This document shows, piece by piece, positions 1 through 12,320 of a stretch of DNA of 64,000 nucleotides; within the stretch, counting starts at the first letter, position 1, and every line of letters starts with the position of its first letter. The notes under the pieces were generated by a model. The model was not told the DNA's origin. It did not search any database and worked only from the letters and a program-made list of their open reading frames with translations. This DNA is from Eledone cirrhosa (Eukaryota): NCBI GenBank assembly GCA_964016885.1, contig OZ024747.1:28148001-28212000 (forward strand), in the 5' to 3' direction. The position numbers and the translations under genes were made by a program.

Positions 1-188
1 CGACATTATGACACTGTGTGTGTATGTATATATGTATATATATAGTGTATGTGTATATATATATATATATATAGTGTGTAACGTTTTTCGAAATATTTAC
101 TTCTGCATTCACAGATTGATTTTTTTAGTTTCAGAAGATCCCGCTAAGGGTGAAAGCAGCGATTCTTTGCTTAAACTTTAATCTGTTA

Positions 189-230
<42 letters not shown>

Positions 231-240
<10 letters not shown>

Positions 241-532
241 TAAACGGAATAGAAAATGCTGACAAATTGTTCACAGTTGAAAAATGGTTTAATTAGGAAT
301 AAAAGAGTATTAGTGATTGTATGGGTTAGTATTCAGTTGTGGTTTTAAGTTTTTAAGTTTTTACCGGTTGCGCATTTCTAAATGCTTTTCAAAAATAATT
401 TTGAGATAGAGTGTCCGTGCTGTTTGCTCAGATCAGAGCCATACAATCACTAATACTCTTTTATTCCTAATTAAACCATTTTTCAACTGTGAACAATTTG
501 TCAGCATTTTCTATTCCGTTTACCAATATATA
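231..532. repeat. Inverted repeat, 94-bp arms (231-324 / 439-532)
   Basis: arms are exact reverse complements by reading. Confidence 0.92.
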
Positions 533-641
533 ATAACTTGTGTGTTACACCTCTATTCTTTTAACTATATATATATATATATATAATTATATATTCGTGT
601 ACAGATATTTTTGCATACACAATAACCTTTTATATTGGCAG

Positions 642-743
642 GAAGTATTGCAAGCTTACCTCCAGCAGTTCCCAGACAGTGCCATTGCTTTAAATCTGAA
701 AGCCTGCAACCATTTCAGACTGTATGATGGGAAAGCAGCTGAG
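642..743 (+). CDS. TTC26: TTC26/IFT56 internal coding exon ([34 protein letters not shown]); earlier exons lie upstream of the window
   Basis: AG at 640-641, GT at 744; peptide matches recalled IFT56 sequence. Confidence 0.93.
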
Positions 744-1198
744 GTACAGTATTACCATTCTCTCTCACTCTCTCTTTACCACCTGTCACATATTACTATA
801 TTACTGCACCAGACCACCCACCACATCACACCACCTACTACATTACACCATACCATACCACTACACCATGCCACCCACTATGCCACAATGCACTACATCA
901 TACCACCACCCACTACAGTAACCCACCATACCACACTACATTACATGAGACAATGAGAGAACTTCTACATGGCCAGTCAACCTGCTGGAAATAGCAGACA
1001 ACTCTTGTGTTATTTAACACTGTACCATCTTAAAAGGTGAAGGAAATTTTGGATTGGCATATGTTTATACATACCCACACACACACATACATACACATAT
1101 ACATGCATACACACACACACACCATTTCCACCACATATACATATGTGTTCAGTTATGTGTATTCAATAAAAGAGTTAATGCTCTCCTCTTTGTTCCAG

Positions 1199-1273
1199 AA
1201 TGAATTGAAAGGTCTCCAAGACATGGCATCACCAACATTTACCTTCAATAGAGATCTCATCAAACACAATATG
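1199..1273 (+). CDS. TTC26: TTC26 exon (NELKGLQDMASPTFTFNRDLIKHNM)
   Basis: ttccag acceptor, gtaaag donor, phase 0/0. Confidence 0.9.
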
Positions 1274-1313
1274 GTAAAGTATTTGGTCTTATGTGTATCC
1301 CCCTCTCTCTCTC

Positions 1314-1346
<33 letters not shown>

Positions 1347-1616
1347 TAACACACTAGAGAGAGAGATAGTGCGGCATCAGTCAAACAGGGAAAAACCACC
1401 AGTGTAAGGAATCTATATCCCATGGAAGGCAGAGTAGACACACAATAATTAAAAGTATAAATTAAAGTGTAAATACATCGAGGTATGTATTTACACTTTA
1501 ATTTATACTTTTAATTATTGTGTGTCTACTCTGCCTTCCATGGGCTATAGATTCCTTACACTGGTGGTTTTTCCCTGTTTGACTGATGCCGCACTATCTC
1601 TCTCCCTAGTGTGTTA
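1347..1616. repeat. Near-perfect palindrome, 132-bp arms, 6-nt loop
   Basis: two mismatches seen; loop cgaggt at 1479-1484. Confidence 0.92.
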
Positions 1617-1719
1617 TCTTTTCTACATATTATATTATAAAGGGCTCGGGATTCCTTCTCCTTTGAGCACATTACTGACAGGGAATAGCGAGAGTCTATG
1701 GCTCCGTTAATTTATTGTG

Positions 1720-1763
<44 letters not shown>

Positions 1764-1860
1764 AGATTTACATATATATAGTTCAAAATGACAAATAAAC
1801 AAACGCAGGAGTCAATAGTACATAGCGTTATTAGCTTCATGCTTGGTGAGAATGGGGGAG

Positions 1861-1898
1861 GTTACAACGTTTCGGACTTAAGTACTTCATCAGGAAAG
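1861..1898 (-). ncRNA. Degenerate hammerhead-like core in a microsatellite-tailed element
   Basis: minus strand CTGATGA-AGTACTTAAGTCC-GAAACGTT; mismatches in stems I and II. Confidence 0.4.
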
Positions 1899-2558
1899 TA
1901 GAGAGGAACTCCGAGAGGGAGTGAGGAGGGGAGTTAACAGGAAAAAACATGATAGGATGGGAAAAATAGAAATAAAAATAAACATGAAAATCAATATATA
2001 ACAAAATTGACAACAGATATAAAACCTGACACAAGCACAGAGACACACAAATAGGGAAATAATATTATCTGTAATGAACACAGCTCCTTCCTCCTGGGGT
2101 AGACATATGATACACATGGAGGATGACAATTGCATAAATAAGTACATGGTGCTCAAGTTGATGGAAAGTATGAAAGAGAAAAACCTAGGAAAGCTTGGGA
2201 TGATGTGGCAAAAGCTGACCTCATGCAACTAAACCTCACAAAGATGACGCAGGATCAAGTTAAGTGGGGGATATACCACACTTCAGAGAGCCAACTTTCT
2301 TTCACATACAGGATGAAATGAGTATGGATAAGATGGTAGTGAAGAAGTAGAGAAGTGGGACGACACTTAGGTCCTCACTTGCCAGTTTGTCCAATCTCCC
2401 TTGTACACCTTCCCCCATCTTAATACTCACCTATCTACATCTCTCTCATTATCTAAGTACCTCACCTTAGTTTTCCCCACTCACTTCCTCTATCTCCACC
2501 TTACTCATGCGTCTCTTTCCAGCATACAATGAACTTTGATACTGTGTCTATTATGTAG

Positions 2559-2661
2559 GTGGTGTTCCAAAGTGGTGAAGGAGCCCTACAGGTGTTACCC
2601 CCATTAGTTGATGTCATCCCTGAGGCAAGATTAAACCTGGTCATATACTACCTGAAACAAG
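2559..2661 (+). CDS. TTC26: TTC26 exon ([34 protein letters not shown])
   Basis: tag acceptor, gtaagt donor; conserved IFT56 peptide. Confidence 0.95.
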
Positions 2662-2699
2662 GTAAGTACTGCTGTCTCACAACTTATATATATATAAGG

Positions 2700-3058
2700 T
2701 ATTGTTTCTTTGAGCAAGACACTTTATTTCACATTGCTCCAGTTTACTCAACTGTAGAAATGAGATGATAGGACTGGGGTCCCTATCAATCCACTGCAAA
2801 GTGGTCGTGGAGGTGCCACGGAAAAAAAGCACCCAGCCCACACTGTAAAGTGGATGTGTAGGCGCCACGGAAAAAAAAGCATCCAGCACTCACTGTAAAT
2901 GAGGTTGGTGTTAGGAAGGGCATCCAGCTGTAGAAATCAAGCCAGAATCAGTTCCCGTATGAGCAAGACAAGGTCAGCTGACCGGACACTGCCCACAACA
3001 GGATAACCTGTCTAACCCATGCTAGCATGGAAGAACGGACTTAAAACAGTGATGATGA
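2700..3058 (+). mobile_element. 5'-truncated CORE-type SINE with RTE-like tail
   Basis: ttgagcaagacacttt..ctgtagaaatg CORE-like block, ggaagggcatccagc block, (TGA)n tail; matches 52239-52585. Confidence 0.75.
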
Positions 3059-3597
3059 TATATATATATATTTCAATCCATGGTCTTCTTCTTACTCTTG
3101 ATGGAGGAACACCTTTCTGGTTGAGCTCCACTACTTTCTGTTTGGTTTTGGTCAGGTCAGGGGTGTAGCCATACTCACCATGCTTGGCCAATTGCAGGTT
3201 GGTGAGGCTATTTAAGCCATTGTTGAGGTGGATGGCAGTTGACTCTGAGGAGTTCATCTGCCCTTTAGCAGCTCTTGTTTTTTTTGTGGAGTTCCACTTA
3301 TCCTCCTTACCAGAACAGAGTCTAGTGGGTCAGCCAGTTTTGTCGCCGACCACTCAACTCGACCATAAAGCAGGTTGTACTTGGTTACATGGTACCAGTA
3401 GTAGGCTGAAGCCTCACCTGACCAATATATATATATTACATCCATAACTAAGACCATCATTTGCCTTAACTGGAAGAACATAAACAAATCTGCATATATA
3501 TATATTCAATAAAGACATATGTTCTGTTCCCATCATTACCTCACTGTGTGCACTCAATCTAAGACTGCTTCTGTTGTTGTTTCTATCCTCTTTACAG

Positions 3598-3707
3598 ACG
3601 ACATTACTGAAGCATACTCTCTAATTAGAGATGTTGAACCCTGTACACCCCAGGAATATATTCTAAAAGGGGTTGTCAATGCTGCACTTGGACAAGATCA
3701 AGGGACA
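3598..3707 (+). CDS. TTC26: TTC26 exon (DDITEAYSLIRDVEPCTPQEYILKGVVNAALGQDQGT)
   Basis: tttacag / gtaagt; frame continues from the previous phase-1 exon. Confidence 0.95.
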
Positions 3708-4327
3708 GTAAGTAGAAAACACCCTTTTATCCTCTATCTATCACTATATCTACCTACATATCTATCTATCTATCTATTTTTGCCCCTTCTCACTCCTCAC
3801 TGAATGTGAAATAATGGTTTCTGATTTAGGCACAAAGCCAGAAATTTGGGGGAAAGGGAAAGTCGATTAAATTGATCCAGTGTATTACTGTTACTTTATT
3901 TTATCAACCCCATAAGAATGAAAGGCAAAGTTAACCTTGGTAGAATTAGAACTCAGAACATAAAAAATACGTCATTGCCATTGTTGTTATATAAAAATAA
4001 ATAATAAATAAATAATGATATCATAATTATTGTTGTTGCCTTCTATCCATTCAAGGGTGATAAAATGAACTACCAGTTAAATACTGGGGTCGATTTAATT
4101 GACAGTCCCCACCAAAATACTGACCTTATGCTTATTGTTAATAAAGAAATTTTTCTTATTATTGTGGGTGCAGCATAGTTGAATTGTTAAGAAGTTCACT
4201 TTGTAATCATTAAGTCCTGGGTTCACTCCCACTGCATGGCCTCTTTCCCCTGCCCTTCAAATTGCTGGCCTTGTGCCAAATGTAGAATCAGTTATTATTG
4301 ATATTAATATTGTTGTTATTATTACAG

Positions 4328-4391
4328 AGAGAACACCTCAAGATAGCCCAGCAATATTTCCAGTTAGTTGGTGGTTCAGCAAGTGAATGTG
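4328..4391 (+). CDS. TTC26: TTC26 exon (REHLKIAQQYFQLVGGSASEC)
   Basis: ttacag / gtaagt; conserved peptide. Confidence 0.95.
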
Positions 4392-4469
4392 GTAAGTTGA
4401 TTGTGATTGTACCTACATGTGGTGGGTAGCCACCACTTGTCATTTGTCTACTGGTCACATGATACATGT

Positions 4470-4745
4470 GAGTAGACACCACATTAGGTGTCTACTCAAC
4501 ACATGTGGTGCCTATCCATTACATGTGGTGCCTACCCAGCACATGTGGGATCTACTCAGCACATGTGGTATCTACCCAGGACATGTGGGGTCTACTCATC
4601 ACATGTGGTATCTACCCGGCATGTGTGGAGCCTACTCAGCACATGTGGTACCTACCCAGTGCATGTGGAGCCTACTCAGCACATGTGGTGCCTACTCAGC
4701 ACATGTGGTGCCTACCCAGTGCATGTGGATACATGTCACATGTGA
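4470..4745 (+). repeat. 21-bp minisatellite (cctactcagcacatgtggtg-like)
   Basis: about a dozen degenerate copies. Confidence 0.85.
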
Positions 4746-4937
4746 TGGTTCAAGAGATATGCTTACATGCCACATGTAACTATATGTTGTGTGTCTACCT
4801 GACACATACAGTGTACATGTGTCTATTTACTACATCTACCAACACATGTGACAGTCTACTCACTACATGTTCCTACACCACTACCATCACCACTAGTACC
4901 CTACTTCTAGCACTGCTACTATTACTATATATTCTAG

Positions 4938-5198
<261 letters not shown>

Positions 5199-5224
5199 TG
5201 ACATGCTGGAAAAGTCCACTTTTG

Positions 5225-5256
<32 letters not shown>

Positions 5257-5583
5257 CTGTTTGCACTGTCATATGTGTGTCTGTAAGTGTTTATATATAT
5301 ATTTCAGATCCCACTTAGAGTGAAAGCAGTAATTTATACTAATAATAAATATTTGTTCTTCGGGTTTATATATACTTATATATATACTATCCTTATCGAT
5401 TCCTCTTCAGATTTTGGTCTTTGTATTTATTATTACTATATATATGTGTATGTGTGTGTGAGAGACCATACATAAGCAAGATGCAGACACCCCAGCCTGC
5501 CTGGGACATCAATAGCCCCGCTTCAGTACTGACTTGTCCAATATATATCTCCTGGACATGCTGTATAGCATGTTTCGCCACAA

Positions 5584-5853
5584 ATAAAGTGTAGAATCAT
5601 ACTGCTGATGGCTTATCAACAGGAGGATCAACAATACGATCCACACTTCTAAAAATATATCAGATAACTAGTATACGCACATGGTGAAAAGAGAAAACAA
5701 GCGCACTATATAGCACTTCGTGGTGGGAATGGACCAAAAGACAACTAAAAACAGCAGCTAGTTTGCTAGTTGTTTGATATATTTTTAGAAGTGTGGATTG
5801 TATTGTTGATCCTCTTGTTGATAAGCCGTCAGCAGTATGATTCTACACTTTAT
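5584..5853. repeat. Inverted repeat, about 87-bp arms
   Basis: ataaagtgtagaatcatactgctga.. vs ..tcagcagtatgattctacactttat. Confidence 0.88.
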
Positions 5854-6024
5854 GTATATATATATATATATATTGAAAATAATCACCAAGGTTCAATACA
5901 TTAATACATTATTTAATTGATTTACATATGTTTCATTCATCTACAAAGGATGTGAACAAAATTAATTAGAGCTTTAAATATCTGAAGGTCTTACTCATAT
6001 AATTATATCTACTCATATAATTTT

Positions 6025-6092
<68 letters not shown>

Positions 6093-6124
6093 GTACTTAT
6101 AAATGTTATGAACTGTAATTTCAG

Positions 6125-6208
6125 AGTTATTTCTACAATGATGACAACTTCAATTTTAACTATGCCCAGGCTAAAGCTGCTAATGGTAACTTTAAAGATG
6201 CTGAAGAG
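6125..6208 (+). CDS. TTC26: TTC26 exon (SYFYNDDNFNFNYAQAKAANGNFKDAEE)
   Basis: tttcag / gttggt; conserved peptide. Confidence 0.93.
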
Positions 6209-6464
6209 GTTGGTACTTCATATCTACATTGCCATCATGTTGTTGTTATTGCTTTTATATTCTGTGTACTCCCTCTCGTGTCATTACAGCCCCCTCTTTC
6301 ATCCAACATATCTAATCACCTACACATTATTGGTGTTGTTTATGGCAATGATGGTGGTGCTGTTGCTGTTGTAATGATGCTGGTGATTGTTATTATTGTT
6401 GCTGTTGCTACTGTTATTTTTGTTGGTGTAGTTGTTGAAATGTATTTGCAAGATGTGGTCACCT

Positions 6465-7310
6465 AACCCATCTAGTCTCAAGCCATGATGACCTGTCCAA
6501 CTCCTGCCAGCATGGAAAGTGGATGTTAAATGATGATCATCATTATTTTCATTTTGCATCTGTTTTACCATGTTTACAAAGGTTGGCCAGGTCCATTCCA
6601 GCATAGCCTCCCTGCAATGTAGCATTCATACGTCATCTCCTCTGTGACCTTCACTATTTTGAAATCAGCTCTAACCACCTCTACCCAAGATTTTTTTTCA
6701 GTCTTCCTCTATACTGCAGCTTCTTTTCATTGGTATCTATTGGCACTTGGTCACCCCATGTCCATCATCCAAACACATCATATGTCCATATCAATCTTCC
6801 TTCATGCACACTACATCTTGTACCCAGCTTTTTTCTCAGTTCATCCATGTCTTGTCATTCTAACATTACATATCCAATAGAACGTACTCACTTCATTTCT
6901 CTCTAGCTTTTTTATATCATCTTATGTCTCACTGCCATGCAACACCATGCTTCTCATGCAAACATTATACAATCTGGAATTTGGAACACCTCCTGCCTCT
7001 GATATCCTTACATTGTAGAACTTTGGCAAGCTTCCTGCTTTCAACTTCTTTACGTGTTATCTAGCATTGTCTAGTTTCACTTTTAGTTTTAGTTACTTGG
7101 TCTTGCTCTTTGCTGTTCCCATTTTTCCATTTTTTTCATGACTGTCTCTTAGCTTTAATGACTCTATTTAGAATAGTGTTCCGCCACCAAATCACCTTTC
7201 CTCCAACCACAGATCTCATCAGTACCCTAAAGCAGTTTGTCCCATAAAAACTACCAATTGTCTTCTATGTCATATGCATCTATCTCCTCCTGCTCATTGA
7301 ACATGTCACA
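6465..7310 (-). mobile_element. Decayed RTE LINE fragments
   Basis: similar to parts of 9316-12003, e.g. gtctcactgccatgcaaca = MLHGSET antisense. Confidence 0.55.
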
Positions 7311-7356
7311 TAGAGCTTTTCAATGATGATATTATTTCTTGTAAATGTTTTTCCAG

Positions 7357-7426
7357 ATTTTCTGTATGATCCAGAGTGAGAAGATAAAACATGACTATGT
7401 CTACATCAGTTGGTTGGCCAGATGCT
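7357..7426 (+). CDS. TTC26: TTC26 exon (IFCMIQSEKIKHDYVYISWLARC)
   Basis: ttccag / gtaaga; SWLARC motif. Confidence 0.93.
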
Positions 7427-8258
7427 GTAAGATAACATCTTATATTCTGTAATGTAGTGTGTGAGTGGTGTTTGTACTGTAGTGTGTAGTGGTGTTTCTA
7501 CTGTAGTGTTTCTTCTGTAATATCTGTACTATACAGTGGTGTCTGTAGTGTACTGTACTATACTGAACTGTGGTTTGTACACATGTGAATGTATCTGTGA
7601 CTGTCTACACATATGTTCTTATATGTGAGTGAGTATGATGATGATTTACATAAATATATGTGTGTAAGTAGTGTTGAATAATTTTGTAGAATAGATAAAG
7701 GAAACAGAGTTCTCTATGCTATATACAGAGCTGGAATATTATACTATAGTGATCTTCAACACAGTTTTGTTGCTACCATTGGTTTCCAATCCTGCATTTG
7801 GCTTAGTTTGTGCATTTGCACTCAGCATGCGACACCTTCGTTCAGGCAATGCCTGAACGAAGGTGTCGCATGTGGTGTACAAATATATATATATATAGAT
7901 ATATTACTAACAAATAAGCAGATCTGACTGATCAGGTAGTCTGCTAATATGCAAATCAGGCCGATCAGTTACTGTATATTCCAGAAAATATATATTTTCA
8001 CTAGCTCTGACAGTTGGCAGGTAAACAGTATACGGTACTGATGATAACCCAGAAACATTAGTGCCTGACATTCTGTTTATATGTCAACACAAGAGCAAGA
8101 ATAACGGGGTCATTCTACTTACATGGCTTAAGGGGCTGTTTGAATAATTGCAAACGAATCAAATATTATTATTAATATTCAAAAAACTCAAATTTACATA
8201 TATATATAGATAGATAAATATATATATATATATATATATGTAATTGTCTATATTTCAG

Positions 8259-8365
8259 ATATAATGAACCACAAACCTCGTAGTGCCTGGGAACTTTATC
8301 TTAAGATGGAAACTTCTGGAGAATCCTTCAGTCTTCTACAATTGATTTCTAATGATTGTTATAAG
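8259..8365 (+). CDS. TTC26: TTC26 exon ([36 protein letters not shown])
   Basis: tttcag / gtgggt; conserved peptide. Confidence 0.95.
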
Positions 8366-9242
8366 GTGGGTGATGTTGACACACACACACTGTTACATAC
8401 AAATAGTTGTATAAACAGACATACCTACACACATACATATAGTTATACTCATTCTTACCTCACATACATATACACAGATAAGTTGTATAAATACATGCAT
8501 ATGCTGTTCATTCAATGAACCAATAAGCTGCAGGACATCAACAAATGGCACCAGTTAAATAGTGTGTACTTGAAGACATATGCACAGACAAACACACACC
8601 AGACCTGTCAATTCTCCCCGTCCGATGGGAAGATCTCCCTCCTACTTTGGGGTGGGTGAGAGATGTCTTTTCTTGTGAAAATGGGTAAAGCTTTCATTAT
8701 GTACAATCTCCTCATTTTGCCTCATTTCATGGTACCCCCCATTTGGGTTTTCAGAGATTGGCAGGTCTGCACACTCACACACACAAATATATAACAATGG
8801 GTTCCTGTGCAGTTTCCATCTACCTAAAGTTATAGAAAGAGACACTAGCCCAAGGTGACATGTAATGGGATTGAACCCAAAACCTTTACACAGCTATGCC
8901 AGTGTTAGTAAGAGTTACTATACAAAACAAATAAAGTGTTGAGATCTTTAACCTTTCCTTACTATATTTGTAATAAAATACACTGCTTATTATTTTCAGT
9001 TCATTTTGAAAATAATGAATAATTTTGAGGGATTATGTAATACAACTAACTTTCTATTTATTCAGCTGGTGTCTGAAACATAACTGATAGACAGTTTTTA
9101 GATAGATATATTTATTGCTGACAAGATAAAATGCATCCACTACAACCTGTAAAGTGGTTGGTGTTATAAAGAAGATCCAGCTATAGAAACCATGCCAAAA
9201 TATGAATTGTATGCCAGCTTAAATAAGATGATGATAAAAACC

Positions 9243-12151
9243 TTAACCCTTTTTATACCAAACTACCTGGAACTGCCCGTTCTATGATGCAAATCTGTTT
9301 GTTTCAAAGTGTTTATCATCATCATCATCATCATCAACGTTTAACGTCCGTGTTCCACGCTTGCATGGGTTTGGACGGGGGTATTCCCACTTGAGGCAAG
9401 AGTGATTGTCTTGCAGGTTTTCTACAGTTGGATGCCCTTCCTAACACCAACCACATTTACAGTGTGGGTCTGGGAGGTTTTTACCGTGTTGCCTACACGG
9501 CCACATTACAGCGTGGACTGTGTGTTTTTTTGTCGTGACACCTACACGATCTCATTTGTTTCGGCCTGGATGGCGCGGCACCAACATAACTTTACATAGA
9601 ACGGGGTGGGGTGGGGGTGTATTTTGTTAGAGATGCCTACTGACTAGTAGGTTTTACTTTGTATTTAGGTAAGGCGTGTCTTCTCTGTTACTGAGTACCG
9701 CCAAAGGTCTCGGTCCAGTGACATTGTCTTGGAGAGGTGTAAGTGTGTGAGGTCGGAGTTTATCAGCTCGTCCCAGGTTTTTCTAGGTCTGCCTATTCCG
9801 TGGCTACCGTCTATCTTTATTGCCCTGCACTTTGTTATACAGCTATCGACTTTCATGCGCATCACGTGTCCATACCAACGTAGCCTTCTCTCGAGTAAAC
9901 AACATCTGATCCCTCTTATTTCTAATTTTTTCCTTAGTTCGGTTATGCTTTGCCGTTCACGTATATTACTGTTACACATCCAGCGGAGCATGCAAGCTTC
10001 GTTCCTCTCTAGTCTGCGTATATCCTCTGCACATAATGCCCAGGTCTCACTGCCATGCAACATTGCTGTTCGTATGCAGGCATCATACAACCTGCCTTTC
10101 ATTTTTAGGGAGAACCCTTTAGCAGCTAATAGTGGTATAAGCTCTCTGAACTTTTTCCAACCAGTTCTGACTCTAGCTACTGTACTTTCAGAGCAGCCTC
10201 CCCCACTGCTGATTTTGTCGCCCAGGTAACGGAAGCTGTCCACTATTTCTATAGAACCCTTTGCGCAATTGAAAGAGCTAGTATTTCGTGGGCACTTGCT
10301 GCTACTTATTGCACCAGAGCACCGGCCACATGTAAAATCTATGTTCTTAGTTAGCTTACCTGTGATCCCACTACATCTTTTATGCACCCATACTTTGCAT
10401 TTGGGACATAAAATGGAGTTTCTACCTACGCCTTTCCTACACACTGAGCATGGCCATTTCCCAGAAGGGACCGCCGCCTTATTTTCTTTCCTACAAACTA
10501 GAACTTTAGTCTTAGCCAGGTTAATTTTAAGGCCTTTTGATTCTAGGCCGTGCTTCCATGTTTGGAATTTCTTCTCTAGCTCGGCCATTGATTCAGCTAT
10601 GAGTGTCAGGTCGTCTGCGTATAGGAGTTCCCATGGGCAGCCGGTCTTGAACTCCTCTGTTATAGCCTGAAGGGCAATAATAAATAGTAGGGGGCTGAGA
10701 ACAGTGCCCTGATGGACGCCAACTTTTACGCTAAACTCTTCACTATATTCGTTGTTAATTCTAACCTTGCTGACTGTTTCTTTATACATGGCTTGTATAG
10801 CTCTCACAAGCCATTCGTCAACCCCTAGTTTTCTAAGAGCCCACCAGATAATGGAGCGGGGGACTCTGTCGAAGGCTTTCTCCAAGTCGACAAAAGCTAA
10901 GTAGAGGGGTTTACCTTTAGCTAGGTACTTCTCCTGTAGTTGTCGTACAATGAAAAGAGCGTCTGTGGTACTTTTGCCTGACACAAACCCGAACTGCATT
11001 TCATCTAGGTCAATTTTCTCTCTGATTAGTTGCGCTATTACTTTTTCCGTGACCTTCATGACCTGGTCGATTAATTTAATGCCTCTATAGTTACTCCTAT
11101 CTAGGGCATCTCCTTTACCCTTATAACAGTTAACGATGATGCTGCTATGCCAGTCCTTCGGAACAACCCCATTCTGTACGACTTAGTTAACTATGCGGGT
11201 GACCATGGTGTGTCCCACCGTGCCAGATGCCTTCAGCATCTCAGCAACTATTTCCGAAGGCCCAGCCGCCTTACCCGTCTTCATATCCTTGATTGCCTTA
11301 CTTATTATACTCCCCTCAACTAACACTGCTGGTCCCTCTATTGGGTCGATGTCGGGGAGACTGTCTTTCTCCCATTTATTCTCCTCATTTAGTAGCCTTT
11401 CATAGTGACACTTCCAAGCTACCTTCTTATCAGCGTTGGTGATGGCAAGTACGCCGTCATCATTAAGTACACACTTCTCCCCGACAATATCACGGTTTTC
11501 CTTGACGCATTGCCTAGCAATCCTGAACACCTCACGTTTTTGGTCCTCGCGTTGTAGAACATGCTTGAACTTTCTTTCCTCTGCTTCCCTTCTTGCGAAG
11601 TACACTTGTCTCCTAGCTTCCCTCCTGGCCACTTGATAGTCTTCTCTACTTCCCCCATCCCGCCATACTTTCCAAGCCTGCTTTTTGGCCTTAATTGACC
11701 CCTCCACCTTACTGTTCCACCACCATGTTACTCTCCTCCTGCCTACAGGCCTGCTCCAGCCACAGACTTCGTCTGTCGCCATCAGCAGGTTTGCTTTCAG
11801 AAATTCCCACTGTCCCTCTATATTGTCCGACTCTAAATGCTCTTCCTTACTACTGTCGAAAGCATCAAGTAATATGCTTTGAAATTTATTTCTGGCTGTG
11901 GGGTCCTTTAGCTTCCATATTTTTCTCCTGAGGATAGTCCTCTTCTGCTGTCGAGTACGTCTCGTCCTGACTATGAGGTCGCTAATTATGAGTCTATGTT
12001 GGGAGAAAAACCTTTGTTATGCTATCTTCCAAACACCAACTTAATGCATTTCAAAATTCTTGATTATTTTCAAAATCATTTGTAAAACATAAGTAGTGTG
12101 TTTTATGAAAACCAAAGGAGGTTTCAATGAGTTTGGTATTAAAAGTGTTAA
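9243..12151. mobile_element. piggyBac-type MITE split by the RTE insertion
   Basis: TTAA-ccctttttataccaaac at 9243 and gtttggtattaaaagtg-TTAA ending at 12151 form an imperfect TIR pair. Confidence 0.6.
9316..12003 (-). mobile_element. 5'-truncated RTE-clade LINE: end of endonuclease, full RT, PHD-like finger, (ATG)n tail; one in-frame TAA at 11183-11185
   Basis: ORFs 11183-11782 and 9665-11059 share a frame; QHRL, QFGF, DLEKAFDRV, GVHQG, YADD, RYLG, RRLRWYGHV motifs. Confidence 0.95.
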
Positions 12152-12186
12152 TAAAGATGTATTGTGTTTATTTATTTTTTATCCAG

Positions 12187-12320
12187 ATGGGTCAGTTTTA
12201 TTATTCAGCTAAGGCATTCCATGTCCTTGAGAGACTTGATCCTAACCCTGAGTACTGGGAAGGTAAAAGGGGTGCTTGTGTCGGTGTTTTTCAACAGATC
12301 ATTGCAGACAGAGAGTCCAA
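12187..12320 (+). CDS. TTC26: TTC26 exon ([45 protein letters not shown])
   Basis: atccag / gtaagt; conserved peptide. Confidence 0.95.

Noticed and set aside
131-165. cagaaga-tcccgctaagggt-gaaag, related to a string near 5303-5330
   Set aside because: Resembles a decayed hammerhead core, but the core is altered and no stem I or cleavage triplet is evident
9729-11931. Plus-strand ORFs over the RTE element
   Set aside because: Antisense shadows of the LINE coding frame
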